A stretch of DNA of 64,000 nt from Eledone cirrhosa (GCA_964016885.1 OZ024750.1:47182001-47246000), one strand, 5' to 3'. Numbered from the stretch's first letter, positions 1-14,593 are shown. The notes: generated from the sequence alone by a model not told the origin. A program made the numbers and translations.

Positions 1-493
1 AAATATCAGTGGAACAGCAACATCACAACTTACAATTGAGGACAAAATGAAAACACAAACACACATAGAACAAACAACCAACCAGTAACATGTAAATAAA
101 CAAATAAATAAATGAACATAAACACACACAGACACCCGGATGTGTCGCATGCGCAGACTGAGCACACAACACACACACACAGAAACAAAATGGCGTAGGA
201 CAGAAGAAAGGAAAGGAGAGGCACAGAAACAAATAAAGGAATCCCCAGTCACTGAGGAGGTCACATAGTGTGTGACGAAAGAACTATGACAATATATAAA
301 CAACTATCTGGTTGTGGAACCAACCAACCAACCAGAAATTTATAAATTTATCATAAATTTATTATAATAAATTGAAGTGAAAGCAACTGGTGCGTGTGTT
401 TCTTATTGGCAACATGACCCTCCCAAAGTATAACAATATCGGTTTCAACACACGATTTCAGATAAAGAATTTTGCCAAACAAATTCAGAAACG

Positions 494-495
<2 letters not shown>
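1..495 (+). mobile_element. 3' end/pseudo-LTR of Penelope-like element (copy extends upstream of window)
   Basis: Near-identical to 38271-38882 and 60271-60810 (..TGGAACAGCAACATCACAACTTACAAT.. to ..AAATTCAGAAACG); ends in (TA)n. Confidence 0.92.
248..290 (+). ncRNA. Minimal type I hammerhead ribozyme in Penelope pLTR
   Basis: gtca-CTGAGGA-g-gtcaca(tagtg)tgtgac-GAAA-gaac-TA-tgac: core, 6-bp stem II, stem I gtca/tgac. Confidence 0.75.
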
Positions 496-576
<81 letters not shown>

Positions 577-793
577 ATATATTTATACACATGCAAACCC
601 GTGTATATATATATATGTATGCATCCATGCCCTTGTGCACAATATGTTATAATGTGTCTTAATGTACTATTAATAGTATAGAATTAATTTTTAAACTATC
701 AGAAATATGTTGAGAAATACAAAATGAATTACACTGTAAGTTCTCATTTAAAAGGAATTTATATTTCAGGCCTTCGGATGTACATGTAATTAT

Positions 794-851
<58 letters not shown>

Positions 852-1042
852 TATGTGTGTGTGGAAGTGTGTGTGCGTATATGTGTGTATGTGTGTGTGT
901 GAATGAGTGTTAGTGTATTTATACGTGTGTATGTGTGTGCTTGCGTGTATGTAATTCTGTTTGGGTGTGTAATCAGATACTCTCGGTAAATGACGGGTTC
1001 CGTCGAAATCTAATCAATAAAATAATTTCATCTTGTGTATCA

Positions 1043-1096
<54 letters not shown>

Positions 1097-2129
1097 TCTT
1101 TTTAATCAGGAAATCAACTATAGTTGAACTTTTTGAACATGAAATATATTTGTAGTTGCTTTTAGCGACTCGAATTGATTTTATAAAAGGATTTGTAACT
1201 TTAAACTCTTCTGGAGTTTGAATTTCACTTTTTTTTTAAACAATCAATTTTGGGAAAGACAGATTCATTGAAATCAAAGTAAATTTAGTGAAATTGCACA
1301 AATCAAAAATTATTTCTCAACTATGTGATTAATTTACGTTGAGTGGGGCATAAGTTAAGTGTGTTAGTGAAAGACATGTACTGTGTGACGTAGACTGGTG
1401 CGTAAGTTAAATGTGTTAGCGAAAGACATGTACTCTGTTGCAGCAACTGTTGAAAGTAGGTTTTCTGAATTCTATTTCTCTCCGAGAAGAAACTACGTAT
1501 TGTTAACTGCAGTGCAAACAGTTTCCTATGCTAGACTTGACTTCGATTTTCTCACGAATTAACCATTTCGATACTATCTAACCTAGCCAAATTGGCTATG
1601 ATCCTACACAGCTAAAGTTCTGATTTTAGCGAGTTCATATTTCAGTTAACATTTTCCAGCCATTGGCGCCTAATCAGTATAATAGTAAGAACGTCGGATA
1701 GAAACATGTGCGGTATGTTTTTCCAGCACTATATTTTGAGTTCAAATCCTGCCTATGCCAACACTTTCAACCAATCTCGAATGGATGGAAGACAAAACCC
1801 AAATCCTCTCTCACGATCGATTCTACTACTATATCTTTGTCTCCCTTACTTTCTCTGATGTTCCCTGTTTCTCTGAATTAAATCGTCTGCTCAGACCTGG
1901 AGCAATTGAAAATATGTCAAACAAATGCCGAATATCACGATGTTAATCCAAATAATGCATCAGGTGTTAGCGGCCCAGAAAAAATGTTTTTCAAACCTAT
2001 CATAAGTTATCTTTCTAATGAAATACGTATTAATATTTGTATATTCCTCACAATGTTTATCAAATTATTGAAATAAGCATATCTATATTTCATTTAAAAT
2101 ATAGCCTCGAAATCTGTAATTATGGGTAT

Positions 2130-2590
2130 GTAGCAAGTTTCCTCTGGGACAGTCGATCTGCACCTCTTCAAATATTTATTATATATCTGAAGTCCTCATG
2201 CACAAGATGTACTTGCTCCGCCCTCTTCTCCTCTTGCCCTTCTCTGCTGTCTATTGCATTGCTGTTATAGGATGACAACGAGTGGTTGGTAGCTACCATA
2301 CTGTTCCTCCAAACGATACCAACGTAGCATCACGGTTATGTGCTGCAACTGAACTAAAGTATAATGAAAATATGTCTCTCACTAACAAACTCGGTGACTT
2401 TATGATACATTACTAAGCTGTCAAACTTACATAGTTTGAGACACTCCATGCTCAGACCACAGTAACTTACCTATACTCCAATTTCCATTCAATAGTCTAC
2501 AATAACTCATCCCAAATGATGTGATACGCCATGACACCATACCAGTCGCAACTCTGTTTTATCAATTCCCACAACATTGCTAAGCGCTAA
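2130..2590 (-). mobile_element. Highly degraded RTE-like LINE 3' fragment
   Basis: Minus-strand traces such as MLRWY.. and RGRG.. resemble the RTE C-terminal LRW(Y/F)GH..RGRP region; many disruptions. Confidence 0.3.
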
Positions 2591-3968
2591 AATTATTTAG
2601 TGGTGTATATATATTAAACGCAAGAAATTAATATACATTATATTTAATTACATGGATTTGTATAAGTCTAATTAAACGTTTAAAGCTCTTAATAAGCCTC
2701 TCCGAGCCGCTCTATGCAACTACCAGGTCGACGCTAGTGGTTACGCACTTGCTAAGCACTAGATAGAGTTCTATATTTTACATTACCAATCAATTTAACT
2801 TTCACTTTGTTTCGTGAAACACCTCCCGCGCGATAGTTTTTATAACATAAATAATTGAAAATATATTATAATATTCCAAGTTTATACTGATGAAAGTGTT
2901 ACTGGCCAATTACATTTCTACATTGTTATAAAGGCTGTAGTATAATGAACATATAATTAAGCACATCATTTCGAAATCTTTAGATGTCATCCTCTGTCAT
3001 ACTGCATGGAATCTTGAGCAATAATCATTTACCATAATCTCGGGTCGATTCATGCCTTGATAGAGAAAATGGATAGACGGAAACTGGTTGGAAGCTTGTT
3101 GGGTGTCACACTCTCTGTTATTACACTGAATCTTCTTATAATATACGTTTCTATGGAAATCTGTCACCTGTACCTTAACTTAGTGAGCATGTTATTCATT
3201 GGTCGAGTAACTGCATCGAAACTCGTCGAGACTTACTGAGATCCATTTCATAATTATAAAGATTGAATCTCTATTTAAGTACGATACCAAGAATGCTTCT
3301 CTTCAGTTGCTATACAATCGAGTAATTGGTCCCTCGAGAAACGCCTCATAAATTAAGTGCAAATTCGTGGTATTTTAATTAGCAGCACAGGAAAAGTCAT
3401 CTTACGAAATATTGAAACACGATTGGCGTTTCCATGCTAACAGTTTCCTCTACGGATTGAAGGCGTTGATGTTACGTTGAATAGTAATATTGGTTCTAGT
3501 AATGGCTATGATACTATAGCTACTAATTATTTCGTAGATACTCACCTGATAAATTGAAATTGTAAAGAAGAATATCCATGTACTCTACTTGTATGAATTC
3601 GATGATTGTACGTATAGATTAAATCGAATGATACGGATTCCGTTTCACTTTTCCAAGGGTTTTGAATTATTCTGATAGCTAAAAAATTAACTGCTTATGG
3701 AATGAAGACGTAGAAATTAAACTACGGTTTGTAACAATATTGAATGAATGATATAAAATAAAGCGTGATCTATTTATTGCGAAGGCAGCTATCCGGATCA
3801 TATAGACAGTGTTGCTTCGGATAAGCCCATATAATAATATCTGTAATAATATTGGTAATAACAATAACAATATACTCCTTGTTTGACACAAAAAACGACA
3901 TTATTCTTAACAACAACAATAAAAAAAAAATAATAATAATAATTATAATACTAATAATAATAATAATG

Positions 3969-4548
3969 AGGATACTCATAATGCTTTCTTTATTAAACCC
4001 AAGGGTTTACACAAAGTAGACATGAAGGACAGTGCAGGACAATACTGGACGGTACAAAAGGGCATTTCTGCGTGTAAAAAAAACAAGAAACAGAGGATGT
4101 AATAATAGAACAATGAAAAGATTCCCGAATAGAGGGAAGACTTCCGAGGGACATTCGTGGAGAAAGCCCATTAAAAAGCCAGAGTGACCCTGACCACCAG
4201 GGCAAGTGCCCTCTCCCAGTTTTCCACCTTTAATTTACAGACACATACTCAGAGTAGGCCCATTGACTCGGGCCATTATTGCCTCTCTCACCCATCTTTC
4301 AACAAAATGCTGGGAAGAGAACACTTCCCTCGCTACCCTGATTTACCTTTTCAAATGAAATTTGAAAAAGTTAATCAGGGCATCACCGAAGGGGTAAGTG
4401 CTCGTCTTCAGCCCTTTCAAACGTGTCCACCATACTATCTCTTTCGCCATGGCCACACGACAGATAAAAACTGCCTGCCCTTCCCGGCTAAAGGAGGAGG
4501 GCGGGGCAATCCTCACGATGGCCTCAGCTGATAGCTGGATACGTCCTA
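3969..4548 (-). mobile_element. L1/Tx1-like non-LTR retrotransposon 3' fragment flanked by (TAA)n
   Basis: Minus frame ..VAMAKEIVWWTRLKG..LINFFKFHLKR*IRV..FVERW resembles L1/Tx1 ORF2 C-termini; 3'UTR with AATAAA then (ATT)n; also abuts (TAA)n at its 5' truncation. Confidence 0.6.
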
Positions 4549-4549
4549 C

Positions 4550-4593
<44 letters not shown>

Positions 4594-5139
4594 GGGCTGG
4601 AGACATGAAGTGATGGACAGGGTGATCCACTGGCACCTATGCAAAGTAAACAATTTACCACATTCTGAGAAGTGGTATGAGCATAAGCCGGAGTCGGTGA
4701 TAGAAAACGATCAGGTGAAGGTGCTGTGGGATTTTAGGATACAGACGGACAAGAAACTGGACCACAATAAACCTGACCTGGTGGTTTTGGACAAGGAAAA
4801 AAGATCGTGCCTGATTGTCGATGTGGCCTGCCCATTCGACACGAGAGTGCAAGAGAAGGAGAGGGAGAAAATTAACCGATACCAGGACTTAAAGTGGGAG
4901 GTAAAACGGATTTGGAACTGCCATGAAGTCAAAGTGGTCCCGATTGTCATAGGTGCACTAGGTACTATCTCAAAAGGCCCCTTCACGCTTTTTGGAACGC
5001 TTCAAAAGGCATGCTTGCTGGGAACAGCAAGAACCCTCCGATACGTCCTGAATATCTGAGGCTGCAGGTAGTGGCTTGATATGCATTTCAACAAACTTTC
5101 CAGTTAACTAACATCAATGACTGAGACTCAAAGAACAAC
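4594..5139 (+). mobile_element. 5'-truncated R4/Dong-clade non-LTR retrotransposon (restriction-like endonuclease domain) in (TAA)n
   Basis: RHEVMDRVIHWHLC..WYEHKPE..LWDFRIQTD..NKPDLVV..IVDVACP..EKINRYQDL..VPIVIGALG = RLE (PD..D) C-terminus, ORF to 5059; (TAA)n at 4549-4593 and 5140-5174, the known Dong target type. Confidence 0.85.
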
Positions 5140-5174
<35 letters not shown>

Positions 5175-5228
5175 GAAGAAGAAGAAGAAGAAAAAGAAGA
5201 AGAAGAAGAAGAAGAAGAAGAAGAAGAA
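5140..5228. repeat. (TAA)n followed by (GAA)n microsatellite
   Basis: Direct reading. Confidence 0.95.
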
Positions 5229-5354
5229 ATGTGTATTACTAGTGTTGAATGTTATCAGCACATGCTAGTTAAAACAAATTCTCTCAAATGGATGAACATA
5301 ACTAGAGACTCCTGAGAATGTACAATTGTATGCAGGTTTTTAAATAGAATTCTA

Positions 5355-6472
5355 CTAGCTGACGTACCCAGCTTCGCCCGGGTAAACAGATTATCAGAGA
5401 AGACAGGTAAAAGAGAAAATGAATGTATTGGATATTTGTCTGGTTACAGTATGAGGCGAGTCCGTGGTGTCTGTATGATACAGAAAAGAGTAAAAAAAAA
5501 CTTCCAGATATACCCGATTCTTCGTTGTACCGTTTGTGCATAGTATATGAACAATTATAGGTGCTCCCACCTGGAATAGTGACCTCTAGGAGATTGTTCA
5601 TCCTGTGCCTGACTTTAAAACGTGTATCATTGCATAGACGTGGTTGTTCCACGTTTCTCAAAAGGATGATGGAAGTTCCAATCTTGTATATTATATGTAG
5701 ATATAGATATAGATAATTAATATAAAAGATGATGCTCAGCCAGTTCGTCTTCAACCATCGCATCACGCCGTCACTGCTTGGCTCCAGTGTTTCGTTGGCG
5801 TTGTTCAGCCAGCTACTCTCATTCATGGCGGCACGTCTTCGCCTCTGAAGTTCGGCGTTCCGATGGCACTGTTCGGCCCCTTTTTCTTCATTCCTGGCTG
5901 CACACCGTCGCCGCGGTAGTTCACTGTTTGATAAAGTCGATTTGCTTTATTATCAATATTCATTTCGAGCAATTGTCAAAAGATTACAAAATAATAAATA
6001 TAAAAGATGTCCGTCAAAGTAAAAAAAAAGGTCCCTATTTATTCCCTTCACAACTCTGTGTATGTTAGACCGACAGACAGGCACACAGACAGATAAACTG
6101 CGTGGCGATTGTGGAACGCCCCCACCAACACACACATACACGCATGGACACGTGTACACGCACCCCTGCACTTACACACACCTACACACTCACACATGTT
6201 GATATTTTTTACTTTCTGTGGAACGCTGCACGCACGCACACACACATAAACATACGCGCACGTACATATACACGCACACATGGTAATAGTTACAGCATTC
6301 TGTTTGCGTCTCTGTTTCTTACTCTCCCCATCTCACTCCCTCATTGGCATTATGCGTATTAATTTAAGTTTGGCGTCGTTGAGATGGGCGCAGTCGTTTG
6401 AAACCTATGAACCAATGATAATCGAGAATTATGACACACGGTATACTGACGTTGTTGAAATTAATATATAGA
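5355..6472 (-). mobile_element. Internally deleted Helitron with Pif1 helicase remnant
   Basis: Minus strand starts A|TCTATATA (6472), ends with GC-rich hairpin CCCGGGCGAAGCTGGG then CTAG|T (5355); ~5570-5690 encodes GTSIILLRNVEQPRLCNDTRFKV..NNLLEVTI (Pif1 motif IILLRN..LCNGTR). Confidence 0.8.
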
Positions 6473-6911
6473 TATCATTGTAATATAACATTTCTTAGAT
6501 GTACGTACCGTTACAGAGCATCTAACGTTGCTTTGATTGTAGTCATTTGTTGAAATGTTATTTGAATAGCCGAAGTACCGTTATATAAACTTTAATGAAA
6601 CATTATCTGAAAACTGGGGTGTTAGGGTAGTGAGAATATCTTGAAGCAGTAGATAGAGGCAAGAACATTGGTTCTACGTTTCGCTTCGGCAGTAGATAGA
6701 GACAAGTACACTGGTTCTTACGTTACCTAGATATTTGTTTCCTGGACATTTTGCAGTCACAAGCAGAATGGCTCTAGGATCACATGTGAGCCACAAAGAG
6801 TTTCTCAGAGCCAACAACTAGAATGGAACCCGAACATCAGACTACGTGTGTTGTGGGATGTTGATTGATTATTGACTGTTTAAACATGCAGGATATACTT
6901 TATTTGAAGTA

Positions 6912-7097
6912 AATAATTGTTTCTACTTTGGCACAAGGCCAGCAATTCCCAGTACATTATTTATACTGTATTTTATCAACCCCGTAAGGATAAAGTCAAA
7001 GCTAACCTTGGTGGAATTTGAACTCAGTCCATAAAGGGACGTAATTCCAGGATAGAAACCATGGCGTCCGACTCTCTACGAAATACGGCCAGTCCAC
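6912..7097 (-). mobile_element. tRNA-derived SINE (octopus-type), diverged
   Basis: Reverse complement of the family at 40691-40880. Confidence 0.8.
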
Positions 7098-7939
7098 ATA
7101 ATGTACCAAAATACCAGAGTTATGGAAGAACTAAACCAATATTATTTGAAACGCAGTACCAGTGATATAAAAGCAATCATACCATTGATTAAGAAATATC
7201 CATTCCGAGTTTGAATCCAGTTCAGTACCATGGCAATCCCTAAGACCAACTATTGGATTAATTTTTCTGTGTGTTTTGTGTGCTTTCTGTGTTAAATCTG
7301 GGTTATAAATGCGACGCATCATTACACCACACGAGTATATGTTTATGATATACATTCTTGTATGTGAGATAATTTACTTCCTATCTTTGATTTAAAATTA
7401 TTATTAGTAATACAGATTGTCCATAAAACAAAACAAAACAAAACAGTAAATTAAATACCAGTCACCTTATTACATATCACCATTTATTACAGTCATTCAA
7501 AAATGTAAGCAAACACCACCAGACCAATGTATTAATTAGTGTTAAAAATGTAATGTAATTAAGCCAATAGCAAGATTTTCAAATGTTCAATGAGTGTAAC
7601 TGACACAATGTCACTTCCAAATGGAATCTTTGGTAGTAAAATTAATTTGAAGGTGTTTTAAATAATGTGAAACTGATAGACATATACTTCACAAATTATT
7701 TGAAATGTAACAACACCTTTTAGAACGTATACTTCTGAAAATAGGAAACGATCGAATACATTATATTCTTGGTAAAAACATCTTATTACAAATAATACAC
7801 TAGATGTACACCAGTAATTCCATTTGGTAAAACTGACTATATAAAATATCAATGTGTATGATATGTATGCTTCATTATTGCCATTATGAGGGCGGTAGAT
7901 TTGCTGTGTTGGTAGTGTGTCGAACAACATGCTTTTACA

Positions 7940-8070
7940 GAGTTCACAATCCCACTGAGGTTAGCTTTGCCTTTCATCCTTACGGGGGTCGATAAAATAA
8001 AGTACCAGTAATGTACTGGCGTCATTTAAATCGACTTCTCCTTTCCCAGGCCCTGTGTCTAAATCAGAAA
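7940..8070 (+). mobile_element. SINE partial copy
   Basis: gagttc..ctttgcctttcatccttacgggggtcgataaaataaagtaccagtaa core. Confidence 0.75.
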
Positions 8071-11000
8071 CCACTATTGTCATTACAAATGGCAGAGTGG
8101 TTGACAGAATCATTAGAGCGTCGGATTTGAAATAAATAAAATCCAATTGTATCTATAGTGAACTGAAGTTAAATCTCCAACTGTAATACGTCGTGGAGTT
8201 ACGACAAAAGATACTGATTCCCATTAAACAGATAGTTTTAAAATATAATACTTTTGTCAACTAAACAATGTAATTGGTTGGTGGACTTATTGATTCAACC
8301 GGTGTAAAATCAACAACAAAATAATGTCATGGTAAATGTATGTATCTACTTGTTGTATTGTTGAATATGTGCATTCAGCTGAGTCTACATTAATGCTGAC
8401 CATGTTCAAGGTTACCTAATATCACCTGAATATGAAACTGTACATATTTATCCAACTACGCAGTAATACAATATTGAATCTAATCACTCAAAATGCATAT
8501 TCCTTTATTCTTCGCGAGTTGAAACGTAATTTCGAAAGTAATTTACGCTCGGATAATTTGGAAATTTAGAATTAATATTGATAAATATGTAACGAAATAT
8601 CTATACATAATTTTCAGTTTCTGGCTGTTGTACAACTGCATTAACTTGTTCCAAATTTCTCTACAACTTCCCTAATATGATCAACACATTTGAATTCAAT
8701 TTACTGATATTTTAAATGAGTTCTTGTTCAAATAGTGGCATATCAACAAAGAACATTTTAGAAATTAAACATCCAGCGCATTATTTTCTATTATATATTG
8801 AAAGAAATGTAAGTTAAATATAATCTAAATACACAAAACCAAACTGAATTCTAATGTTATGAAAATATGTATTAAAATATTTGCAAACGGAATGTCTATT
8901 GTGAACTGGACACGTGACATTTATTAGATTATTAATATATTATGAAGGAATAATTGAATACTATTTGGCAACATTGCATCTTAACAACAATGAGGTAATA
9001 ACATAAAATGGGAAGTGCTGGTAATATTGTTATCAGAGATTATTGCACTAGAAAAGGTGTATATACATACGTACGAGTGTTGGTTGTGTATATTTGTGTA
9101 TGCATATGTAGGTATTCCCGTGTACGCAGAGTGAGTATGTACTGTATATACATGGACAAGTGTTATCTTACGTGTTAGAGAGGTGTAGGGCATACTTACT
9201 TTTGTATGCATACGTACGTTTGAGCGTGTGTAATTGTCTGCATAGAATTAATAAGCGTCAGGTAAGTAGAAGGAACAATATTTTGTGTAAATTACATATT
9301 GTAACCCATATAAATCAGCATGGCTTCGAAATATAACAATTTCCTTAAAATAATAAGTTTTCTTTCACACAATTTCCTTCATCCTTCTAATACAGATTTA
9401 TATTATATAATTTTGCAATGATTAACAAAACAAAAATACTCCGATATAATGTAAAACTATTTTATTTAATAACATTTGTTTCATAACATTGTAAGTTTGT
9501 GAAAACGCCTTACATTTTACTTCTTATTTAACAGAATTTTGTTCAGTAACGATACTTATCAATGTTCAACAGTCACCGTTATATACTGTCATGGGGATTG
9601 AATCAATGTGCTTGTGTGTTTGCGTTTTTTTGTTGAGATATTTGATGATTACATATTCAACAATACAACAAGTAAATACATAAATTTACCATGACATGTT
9701 TATTGCATTTCTGTGTTGTATGGAGACTCAAAAAGAAAATACATCTTCCGGGGGAATTTGTAGAGTTAAATATATGAAATTAGACTTCTTGCATATATGC
9801 ACGTAACAGTTTATTGTAACGTAGTTGAGGAAAGCATGAATATGTTAATGGACACAGTTTTTCATAACTATATAAAATAAGATTTATTTCGTTTGTTAAG
9901 TTGATAGCACAATCTCTTTCAGTTTTCAAATCCTAGTTAGATCTAGCAAGCTTTTTAAATATCTATTTGTAAATAACTATAGATGTTTTACTCAAAATCA
10001 GAACTGATCGAGTCGGTTCACCATTATCCATCCAATAATATCACTCTAGTAATTTATAGGTATTTATGACGAAAGTATTTAATATTTTCTTTTATTTTTA
10101 TAATATGGATATGGGAATTTGTAGAGAGATTTGATTGTTTTTCTAGCAGATCGATTTAATCCATGAGGACTCGACCTTCATTACTTTGTGATATGTCGTG
10201 CTAGTGTCTGTGCTGTTCAAGAAAGCTTTCGTTACGTCGGACAATTAAAACTCAGAGATATACCACTAGATTGTCTGTAATTGAGAAATAAATGTTTCAA
10301 ATGAGGATATGATCTATGGATCAGGACAAAACTACCATTATTTAACCCTAGGTGACGCCACAAGTCACTATCTTAGTTTTGAGTTTTGGCATCGCATCTG
10401 TTTCCAAGTCTAACGGAGATAACTTTGTACAGTGCACTAATATTTATTTCAGAGGAAATGTTTAGGTGAGAGAGAGATTTGACTTTCATATATCATGATT
10501 TTTTATCAGCGCTAGCACAGAAGTTTAGAAATGTATGGAAGAAAAAACTCTGATATACCCACCGTACCCTATGGAATTTCTGATTGAATGCAGGATAAAA
10601 AGAAGTTCTTCTATGGAGTAGTATTGCAGTAAACTTCTTATCAAACGTATGAGACAGCAAGAAGATGATATTAAACAGTCAGTTTATTGATCGGGTGTTA
10701 AACTTTATAACACATGATTTGCTGTCTGTTTTTCCACAGTCATGTTTTCTTCATTGCCTAATTATGATGGACGAGGGAACGTGTATTGAACTTTCTCTTT
10801 TTTCTGCTAAAGTTTCTTACGACTGAATAGCGTGTCTCTCTATATAGAAATCATGTTACAGAGCACATAAATTGCTCAAAAGCATGTAAAGAATAAAATA
10901 CGGATGTACTGTGTCGTAAAATGCCAATTATCATAACCTTGGGTTTCAAGCGATAGATCTGTAGAATATCATTTGATATTTAAACAATATCGTGTTTCAA

Positions 11001-12873
11001 TAAATATAAATTCTTCGGAAATATTGCAGAGGATGATGTACAGTTGTAAAGTGTCACCGGTTAATTTAGCATATGTATCTATATATATATATATGCGTGT
11101 GTGCGTGTGTGTGTGTCGATGTGTGTGTGGGTGTGTGTCTGTTTGTGTGTGTGTGTATGTGTGTGCTTGTGTGTGTGTGTGTATATGTGTGTGTATGCAG
11201 CTATTCAGAGCTTTGTCCATTCTTAACAATAATATATTTCACCCTGATTGTAAATAATTGATTACTCTTTTGGTGCTTTTCTAGACAACTGTGAGTAAAA
11301 CCCGTCTAGGTTTTTATCTTTTCTTACATTAATCTCTCAAGTACTTCCTTCAATTCAGAAAGAAACATCCTCTATTTTAGGCCTAGTGCACATAAACTAA
11401 CATCACTAGGTCAATTGTGTAGCTTGTATAAATGATCACGCAAATATTCTATACAGATAAATCCGGTTGGATATTAATAATTGGATATTTTCCAAACAAT
11501 GAAGTTATATGGAATAACGATAAATTTTATCCTTGCATTTATTAAATAGCCATCTAGCGTGTAGCAATATGCATGGCTTTTGACCGCCCTGTCTCATTGC
11601 TATTACCAACGCAGTTAATATTCAATGTGCAATCATTTTGTACATGCATGTAGTAACTACTGCATGTAATGTATTTCACGGTGAAGAAATGACTTATGAA
11701 GGAGATACATAGCATTTCACCACAAGGAGTTGGCAGGAAACTATCTGCTTAGACATTTAATGTTCACTGTCAATGTATGTAGTAAATGCCTTTAGGGAAA
11801 CATGTTGAGCGATGCATTTCCCGATTAAAGAATGCCATCTAAATGAGAGACATATAACACGTAACAACAGCCGAAATTATATAAAGCTGTCAAAGTCAGA
11901 GAAAGCAGAGAGAGTTGTAGAAATTATATGAGAAATCGAGAGAAATGGGTGTATATAAGTGGAGCTATTCTTACAAATGTGTGGAGGTATTATTGCTGAA
12001 TCATTAACAATTCCAATTGGTAATCCTTTTAGGCAAATAACTTTCACAACAGTCTCGAGTCAAGCTAAACCTCATGCATGGCATTACATGGAGGAAAATA
12101 GTTTCGACGACCGAACAAAAATATATGTCAAAGACGATACTAATATTTGTATATTATTGAGGCTTTCACGACATTCTCTTGTTTATATATATATATACAT
12201 ATATATATATACATAAATACATACATATATACACATATACACGCATTCCTCGTCACAACGGTACAATCCACGCTGGTCTCAGAATTCGTTGATAAGGATG
12301 CCAATTCTATACTTAAGCTGTCTGGAAGCCAAACAAGCATGCCGTTGTTTGAGATGCACACACTCACACACACCCACCGAACTCTATGATAAAGTTAATT
12401 CCCTATATTTATCCTGAGAGCTGAACCCACGATACGTAAATATGAGTAGACACGAAGGTAAATATCTGTACACACATCTCCACACACCTAGCCCCCCCCC
12501 CCTAAACAAACCATGTACTTTCGTAAAGACTATTATCACTGGGAATAGAGGGTATGCTCATATTTGGTCATTGGAATCTCACGACAACGACAGATTATTC
12601 TACTGTCAAAAGACCTGCGATTCAGGTTGGAATTAGCTGATGAAATGACAGGGGCTCAGCCGTCTGAGTCCCGATTTGTTTATATTGTCACACTCTCCTT
12701 CCCCAAGTATCGAGTAGTCAGGGGAGTTATGGTTTAACAGGTTCTTATAAACATACACACACGCACACGCACAGGCGCATATATATATATATGTGTGGGT
12801 AAACAGATATAACAACAATCGCTACAGTATATGCAAGGAATATATTACGTTAACGCTTGAAATAGCTGGAAGG

Positions 12874-12909
12874 TCTTAACGTTTCGGACGCTAGTCCTTC
12901 ATCAGAAGA
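12874..12909 (-). ncRNA. Minimal type I hammerhead ribozyme (36 nt)
   Basis: Minus: tctt-CTGATGA-a-ggac(tagc)gtcc-GAAA-cg-TT-aaga; palindromic ACGT stem III. Confidence 0.8.
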
Positions 12910-12921
12910 GATAATATACAT

Positions 12922-12956
<35 letters not shown>

Positions 12957-12998
12957 CAATATTAAATAAATGGAAAACTATATTTATAAAACCATATT

Positions 12999-13064
12999 TA
13001 TTTCATTATATATATTTCGGGGATATCATATTAACAATATGCTATGCCTTCATCAGACAAAATA
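12999..13064 (-). ncRNA. Type I hammerhead ribozyme in ~270-bp element between (TA)n tracts (12955-13230)
   Basis: Minus: tattttgt-CTGATGA-aggcatagcatatt..aatatgatatcccc-GAAA-tatata-TA-atgaaata; 8-bp stem I with G-U pairs. Confidence 0.7.
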
Positions 13065-13231
13065 CAATATAAACAGTTTTATAGATAAATATATTCGACA
13101 TACCGTAATAAACATCAACTTCATTTGAAGAGGTTTACTCTAGCAGTCAAATATTTGTCGAGTGCTTTTATATCAGTTATAAATATTTACTAATTGTAAC
13201 CCAACAATTTTAAATATAACTTTACATGTAT

Positions 13232-13276
<45 letters not shown>

Positions 13277-13303
13277 TATATATAAATATATATATATATA
13301 AAT

Positions 13304-13478
<175 letters not shown>

Positions 13479-13917
13479 TATATAAACATATATATATAAA
13501 TATATACATATATATAAAGAAAAAAAGAGAGAAAACCACAGACACTCCATCTCAACTCTACTTTTGAAAAGCAGAAGAACTGCGAACCCGGTGAAGGAAC
13601 CGAATAAATATATATATATATTTTTTAAATAAGACACCAGTTGCATTTTCGATTTCATCTATTTTTCTTTATACTTTCACTAGTGTAGGGCACCTCGGTT
13701 ATTTTTCATTTTGTTAAAAAGGACCTCACTTTCTAATGTATATATATATATATATAAATATATATATAGATTTTTAGTTTATGTTGGTTGTACACCGACA
13801 CCTCAGTATGTAGGCTGGAGCAACTCGACGAAGTGCGCAGGTTGGTTTGGTTACTCCGGAGTAGTGTAAATTAAAGTTAAATAAAAGTCAAATGATTAAA
13901 ATTTAGCTTCGTTTATT

Positions 13918-13972
13918 ACTGCTATATATATTTCAGTGACAGCCATCTTTGGCTGTGACCTCTTCAGGCAGT
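13918..13972 (-). ncRNA. Type I hammerhead ribozyme in ~340-bp element (13770-14110)
   Basis: Minus: actgc-CTGAAGA-ggtcacagcc(aaagat)ggctgtcact-GAAA-tatata-TA-gcagt. Confidence 0.8.
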
Positions 13973-14108
13973 TTGAATTAGTATGGTATAGACAAGTACA
14001 TATGTTGATTAGGTGTATAATATTGTCAATACACTGATATGCCCTAAGCTCTGTTACCTACATAGAGCACTCTTTTTTCCTGGACTTTTCCGAGGGGATT
14101 ACTTCATT

Positions 14109-14189
<81 letters not shown>

Positions 14190-14210
14190 TAAATAAATAT
14201 ATATGTATAA

Positions 14211-14272
<62 letters not shown>

Positions 14273-14407
14273 TTTATATATATATGAACATATATATATA
14301 TATAATATATGTATATATAAATATATATATATAAATATATATATATATAAAATATTAAAATATTAAAATATAAGTATTAATAAAATAGATGTTCTTTGGA
14401 TCAATTA

Positions 14408-14462
14408 CATTTTATTATACATATTTCGGATGTACAACAGTACGTCCTCATCAAACAAAATA
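14408..14462 (-). ncRNA. Degenerate hammerhead (C3->U), same family as 12999-13064
   Basis: Minus: tattttgt-TTGATGA-ggacgtac(tgtt)gtacatcc-GAAA-tatgta-TA-ataaaatg. Confidence 0.6.
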
Positions 14463-14593
14463 TAATGATACATGACATACCCTGAGATGTTAAATGGTTA
14501 AGATTTTATCAAGGTAGTTTATTTTTCCGTTGAATTTTTCCAATCTACTGTAAAACTCATTCTTTGACATAATCATTGAATATAGATTAACAC

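Noticed and set aside
1348-1434. 35-bp direct duplication (similar one at ~6646-6725)
   Set aside because: Simple local tandem duplications with no further structure
3546-3678. Candidate 133-nt minus-strand exon (ttttag..cag|gtgagt, open frame IRIIQNPWKSETES..)
   Set aside because: Good splice signals but no resemblance to the next expected glutamate receptor exon or any protein I recognise; unsupported without RNA data
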